This document shows, piece by piece, positions 41,801-45,257 of a DNA stretch of 45,257 bases. Position 1 is the stretch's first letter; the number at the start of each line of letters is the position of its first letter. Below the pieces are notes generated by a model. That model saw nothing but the letters and a program-made list of their open reading frames with translations. It was not told the DNA's origin and ran no database searches. A program made the translations under genes and the position numbers. Source of the stretch: an uncultured Gammaproteobacteria bacterium (GTDB lineage Bacteria > Pseudomonadota > Gammaproteobacteria > SZUA-229); assembly GCA_963792545.1 (NCBI GenBank), contig CAWBXM010000006.1:1-45257 (forward strand), given 5' to 3'.

Positions 41801-41851
41801 CTGCTCGGCAATTGCTCCATGCATTACCCTACTAAGTGACATCCATGTTAC
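41801..41851. repeat. Second (inverted) copy of a ~33-bp module found inside the MITE
   Basis: CTGCTCGGCAATTGCTCCATGCATTACCCTACTA (41801-41834) is the reverse complement of 27312-27344 with one substitution and one indel; both copies adjoin a small hairpin containing TCCAT. Confidence 0.8.
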
Positions 41852-41900
41852 GAAGACGAATTACAGCATACGCTTCTTCCGTGAAGGTAAAAAATTAAAA

Positions 41901-42527
41901 ATGAAAAATGTACTGATTACTTTCTTACTTACTATTATTTCAGTAAGTGCTTTTGCAGGTGATAAAAAATCGACCGGGGAATTATATCTCGAAAATTTTC
42001 TGGCAAATACAAAAACCTTCGAAGCTGATTTTCATCAGACCTTACGAACCCATAAAGGTGAAGTTCTGCAGGAGACATCAGGCCAATTTTACCTGAGTCG
42101 TCCGGGAAAATTTCGCTGGAATTATCAGAGCCCGTATGAACAGGTCATCGTTTCTGATGGTGAAAGAATCTGGATCTATGATGTCGAACTGCAGCAGGTA
42201 ACCGTTCAGAAAAAATCCGCTGGATTGCCTGCAACGCCGATGGCGTTATTAGATGACAGTTCGGACCTATATAAAAATTTTGATGTCACCCCGCTTGATG
42301 AACATGACGGTGCTTATCGTTTAAAGCTGCAAAGTAAAACGAAAGAGTCTGATTTTGGTGAGATTGTTGTAGCTCTTGATGCCGATGGTTTACGCTTCAT
42401 GCAATTACATGATCAGTTTGAGCAGGTAACTGATATTGTTTTTTCTGATGTTAAAAAAAATGAAAATCTTAACCAGGAGATTTTCGTATTCATTCCCCCT
42501 GAAGGCGTCGATGTATTTGGCGGCTAA
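41901..42527 (+). CDS. lolA: Outer-membrane lipoprotein chaperone LolA
   Basis: Signal peptide, RPGKFRW, VSDG and YDVELQQVT; ftsK-lolA-rarA synteny. Confidence 0.95.
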   Translation: MKNVLITFLLTIISVSAFAGDKKSTGELYLENFLANTKTFEADFHQTLRTHKGEVLQETSGQFYLSRPGKFRWNYQSPYEQVIVSDGERIWIYDVELQQVTVQKKSAGLPATPMALLDDSSDLYKNFDVTPLDEHDGAYRLKLQSKTKESDFGEIVVALDADGLRFMQLHDQFEQVTDIVFSDVKKNENLNQEIFVFIPPEGVDVFGG

Positions 42528-42538
42528 CCATACCTGTC

Positions 42539-43888
42539 ATGAGCACTGACCTGTTTGCAGAAAATGTATCGCAGCCATATCGTCCGCTTGCCGATAGAAT
42601 GCGACCACAAAATCTGGCTGATTATATAGGCCAGGAGCACATCATCGGCCACGGAAAAACTCTGACACAGGCCATCGAAAATCAAACCCTTCATTCAATG
42701 ATCTTCTGGGGACCGCCAGGTACCGGCAAAACAACGCTGGCAAAAATCATTGCCAATTCTGTACGGGCACATTTCATCAGCTTATCCGCCGTGTTGTCTG
42801 GTGTTAAAGATATCCGAGAAGCAGTATCACAGGCAAAGCAATGGCAGGCTCAGGGTGAGTTAACTATCTTATTTGTTGATGAGGTGCACCGGTTCAATAA
42901 ATCACAGCAAGATGCTTTCTTGCCTTACGTTGAAGACGGTACCATTTATTTTATCGGTGCCACTACTGAAAACCCTTCCTTCGAATTGAATAATGCGTTG
43001 TTGTCGCGTGTCAAAACGTATGTCTTAAAGTCTTTGTCGGTTGAAAACATAACCAGCGTTATAAATAATGCTTTATCTAAGGATCAGCAGTTAAAACAAA
43101 AAAATATAAAAATTGAACCCGCCTCATTAGAGTTGCTGGCACAGCTTTCTGATGGCGATGCAAGACGAGGCCTGAACTTTCTGGAGATTGCATGTGATCT
43201 TGCAGAAACAGATAGTTCTGCCTGTTCTGTGATCACGCATGAAATAATTCAGAATGTCACCTCACAGACGCTGCGCCGTTTTGATAAAGGTGGCGATCTT
43301 TTCTATGAGCAGATCTCTGCCTTGCATAAATCAGTACGCGGCAGTAACCCTGATGCATCATTGTACTGGTTTTGTCGGATGATCGATGGTGGTTGTGACC
43401 CCTCGTATATCGCCAGGCGGGTGGTGCGCATGGCGTCTGAAGATATCGGCAATGCTGATCCACGAGGCCTGCAACTGGCTTTAGATGCCTGGCAAACATT
43501 CGAACGCCTGGGTAGTCCGGAAGGCGAGCTGGCAATTGCTCAGGCCATCGTTTTTCTTGCCTGCGCCGCAAAAAGTAATGCAGTGTATGCCGCGTATAAT
43601 CAGGCTATGTCAGATGCTAAAAACTCTGCGTCGCTTGATGTACCCGAGCATTTGAGAAACGCTCCCACGCAATTGATGAAAGACATAGGTTACGGTAAAG
43701 ATTATCGTTATGCGCATGATGAAGAGAATGCTTTTGCTAGTGGTGAAACCTATTTTCCTGAGTCAATGGGTGAGCCGCAATATTATCAACCGGTCGCACG
43801 GGGGCTGGAGGCGAAAATTAAAGAAAAGCTGGATCATCTACGTCAACTCAACAAATCAGCAAAGCCAGTCAATAAGATCGATCAATAA
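42539..43888 (+). CDS. rarA: Replication-associated recombination protein A
   Basis: [33 protein letters not shown] and SEDIG. Confidence 0.96.
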   Translation: MSTDLFAENVSQPYRPLADRMRPQNLADYIGQEHIIGHGKTLTQAIENQTLHSMIFWGPPGTGKTTLAKIIANSVRAHFISLSAVLSGVKDIREAVSQAKQWQAQGELTILFVDEVHRFNKSQQDAFLPYVEDGTIYFIGATTENPSFELNNALLSRVKTYVLKSLSVENITSVINNALSKDQQLKQKNIKIEPASLELLAQLSDGDARRGLNFLEIACDLAETDSSACSVITHEIIQNVTSQTLRRFDKGGDLFYEQISALHKSVRGSNPDASLYWFCRMIDGGCDPSYIARRVVRMASEDIGNADPRGLQLALDAWQTFERLGSPEGELAIAQAIVFLACAAKSNAVYAAYNQAMSDAKNSASLDVPEHLRNAPTQLMKDIGYGKDYRYAHDEENAFASGETYFPESMGEPQYYQPVARGLEAKIKEKLDHLRQLNKSAKPVNKIDQ

Positions 43889-44039
43889 AGCCAGTCAATA
43901 AACTACAGCAAACCGCGTGATCAGTATAAAAATTTGGACTGTTTCAAAATAACCGTTGGTCGAAAACTTTTTTTGGCAACCTATATATCTGATTTTTTTC
44001 ACTATACTAAATCAGTAATTAAACTGCCGAAGTATAACG

Positions 44040-44354
44040 ATGACAAGAAATCAGGAACGTGCATCCGCAGACGGATATTGCATACAGGTATTAATAATAA
44101 ACGGGGAAGTGCAGAGTCATCTCTCTCAAAAGTCTTTTTATATTGAAAATATAGGTAAAGGTGGTTTTCGATTTATTTCAGATGTAACCTTTGAATTAGA
44201 GGATCGGGTACAGGTTTTACTACGTTTTCCAAATGGCCATTCCCAGGAAGTTTTAGGACGTATCTGTTATAACACCGTGATTGATGAAAACGCCACCGCT
44301 TATGGGTTCAGTGTTATGGAAGGTTTTTATTCGTTAAGCTCAGCTCACGGATAA
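44040..44354 (+). CDS. PilZ-like single-domain protein
   Basis: RNQER (RxxxR) and NIGKGG (variant of D/NxSxxG); beta-barrel pattern. Confidence 0.7.
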   Translation: MTRNQERASADGYCIQVLIINGEVQSHLSQKSFYIENIGKGGFRFISDVTFELEDRVQVLLRFPNGHSQEVLGRICYNTVIDENATAYGFSVMEGFYSLSSAHG

Positions 44355-44484
44355 ATCTGCTGATTGATCCATAATGGCAGCATTTTAACTTTACCGACTT
44401 CCTCTGGAGGTTGCTGAAGTGCAAACAAAGACACACCCCTTCAATCTCGTCAATAAATTCATTTCCTAAGCCTAAGTTATATAT

Positions 44485-45257
44485 TCAAGCCAGATTTTTA
44501 AACTTGATGCGATGCGGGTTAATCGCTGCTTCAACACCTAAACGCTTGACCCGATCTTCTTCATATTCAGTGTAGTTGCCTTCAAACCACGTGGTTTTAC
44601 TGTCACCTTCAAATGCCAGGATATGTGTAGCAATACGATCCAGAAACCAGCGGTCATGTGAGATAACAACAACGCAACCCGGGAAGTTAAGGATAGCTTC
44701 TTCGAGTGCGCGCAAGGTTTCTACATCGAGGTCATTGGTTGGTTCGTCGAGCAGTAACAGGTTGCCGCCACTTTTTAATAGTTTCGCCAGATGCACACGG
44801 TTACGTTCTCCGCCGGATAGGTCTTTAATAAATTTTTGCTGGTCTTCGCCTTTAAAGTTAAAGCGGCTGACATAACCACGTGAAGGTACGGTGTAATTGC
44901 CGATAGTGATGTTATCCAATCCGTCAGAGATTTCGCTCCATACCGTGTTGGTGTCATTCAGGCTGTCACGTGATTGATCGACATAAGCAATCTTAACGGT
45001 CTCGCCGATTTTAAATTCACCGCTATCGGGTTTATCTTCGCCGTTGATCAAACGGAAGAGAGTGGTCTTGCCGGCACCGTTGGGTCCGATGATGCCGACG
45101 ATACCACCACGCGGTAGATTAAAGCTCAGGTCTTCGTATAATAATTTGTGATCAAATTTCTTACTGATATTTTTTGCTTCGATCACCAGCTCGCCGAGAC
45201 GAGGGCCGGGTGGAATATAGAGTGATAGTGTTTCCGAGCGTTTCTGATAATCGGAAG
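44485..45257 (-). CDS. ettA: ABC-F ATPase EttA, C-terminal part (5' end outside the window)
   Basis: Frame stays open to the window edge ([20 protein letters not shown]); [17 protein letters not shown] and LDEPTNDLD. Confidence 0.93.
   Translation of the reverse strand, partial: SDYQKRSETLSLYIPPGPRLGELVIEAKNISKKFDHKLLYEDLSFNLPRGGIVGIIGPNGAGKTTLFRLINGEDKPDSGEFKIGETVKIAYVDQSRDSLNDTNTVWSEISDGLDNITIGNYTVPSRGYVSRFNFKGEDQQKFIKDLSGGERNRVHLAKLLKSGGNLLLLDEPTNDLDVETLRALEEAILNFPGCVVVISHDRWFLDRIATHILAFEGDSKTTWFEGNYTEYEEDRVKRLGVEAAINPHRIKFKNLA

Overview
Chromosomal window from a sulfur-oxidizing gammaproteobacterium (inferred from gene content). Positions 1-9285 (minus strand) carry a reverse dissimilatory sulfite reductase operon, dsrABEFHCMKLJ plus the start of dsrO. 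Divergent from dsrA is a five-gene cluster: a TauD-like dioxygenase, a small protein, an orphan Cas6/Cmx6-like RAMP protein (no CRISPR array or other cas gene in the window), a DsrC/TusE paralog lacking both catalytic cysteines, and a second small protein. Next comes a signalling/stress block: STAS protein, two DUF2934 proteins, a multiply frameshifted CheB-CheR-PAS-histidine kinase fusion, a NarL-type regulator, Hsp20 and CspA. This is followed by oxygenases, an SLC13/TrkA-C transporter, a 314-bp MITE and a second sulfur-associated block (Sfum_1244-like, Alvin_2107-like, Sel1, MoxR-like AAA+, metallopeptidase-VWA, dsrS) punctuated by long tandem-repeat-armed hairpins. The window ends in housekeeping genes (thrC, aat, trxB, ald, ftsK, lolA, rarA, ettA). 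Best candidate for an undescribed system: a domesticated, CRISPR-independent Cas6-like RNA-processing module beside the dsr operon, with two similar CGGGG(G)C stem-loops in dsr intergenic regions as candidate targets. The second candidate is a Sel1-MoxR-VWA-DsrS module. All family calls are by eye, from motifs and recalled family features; no searches were run.
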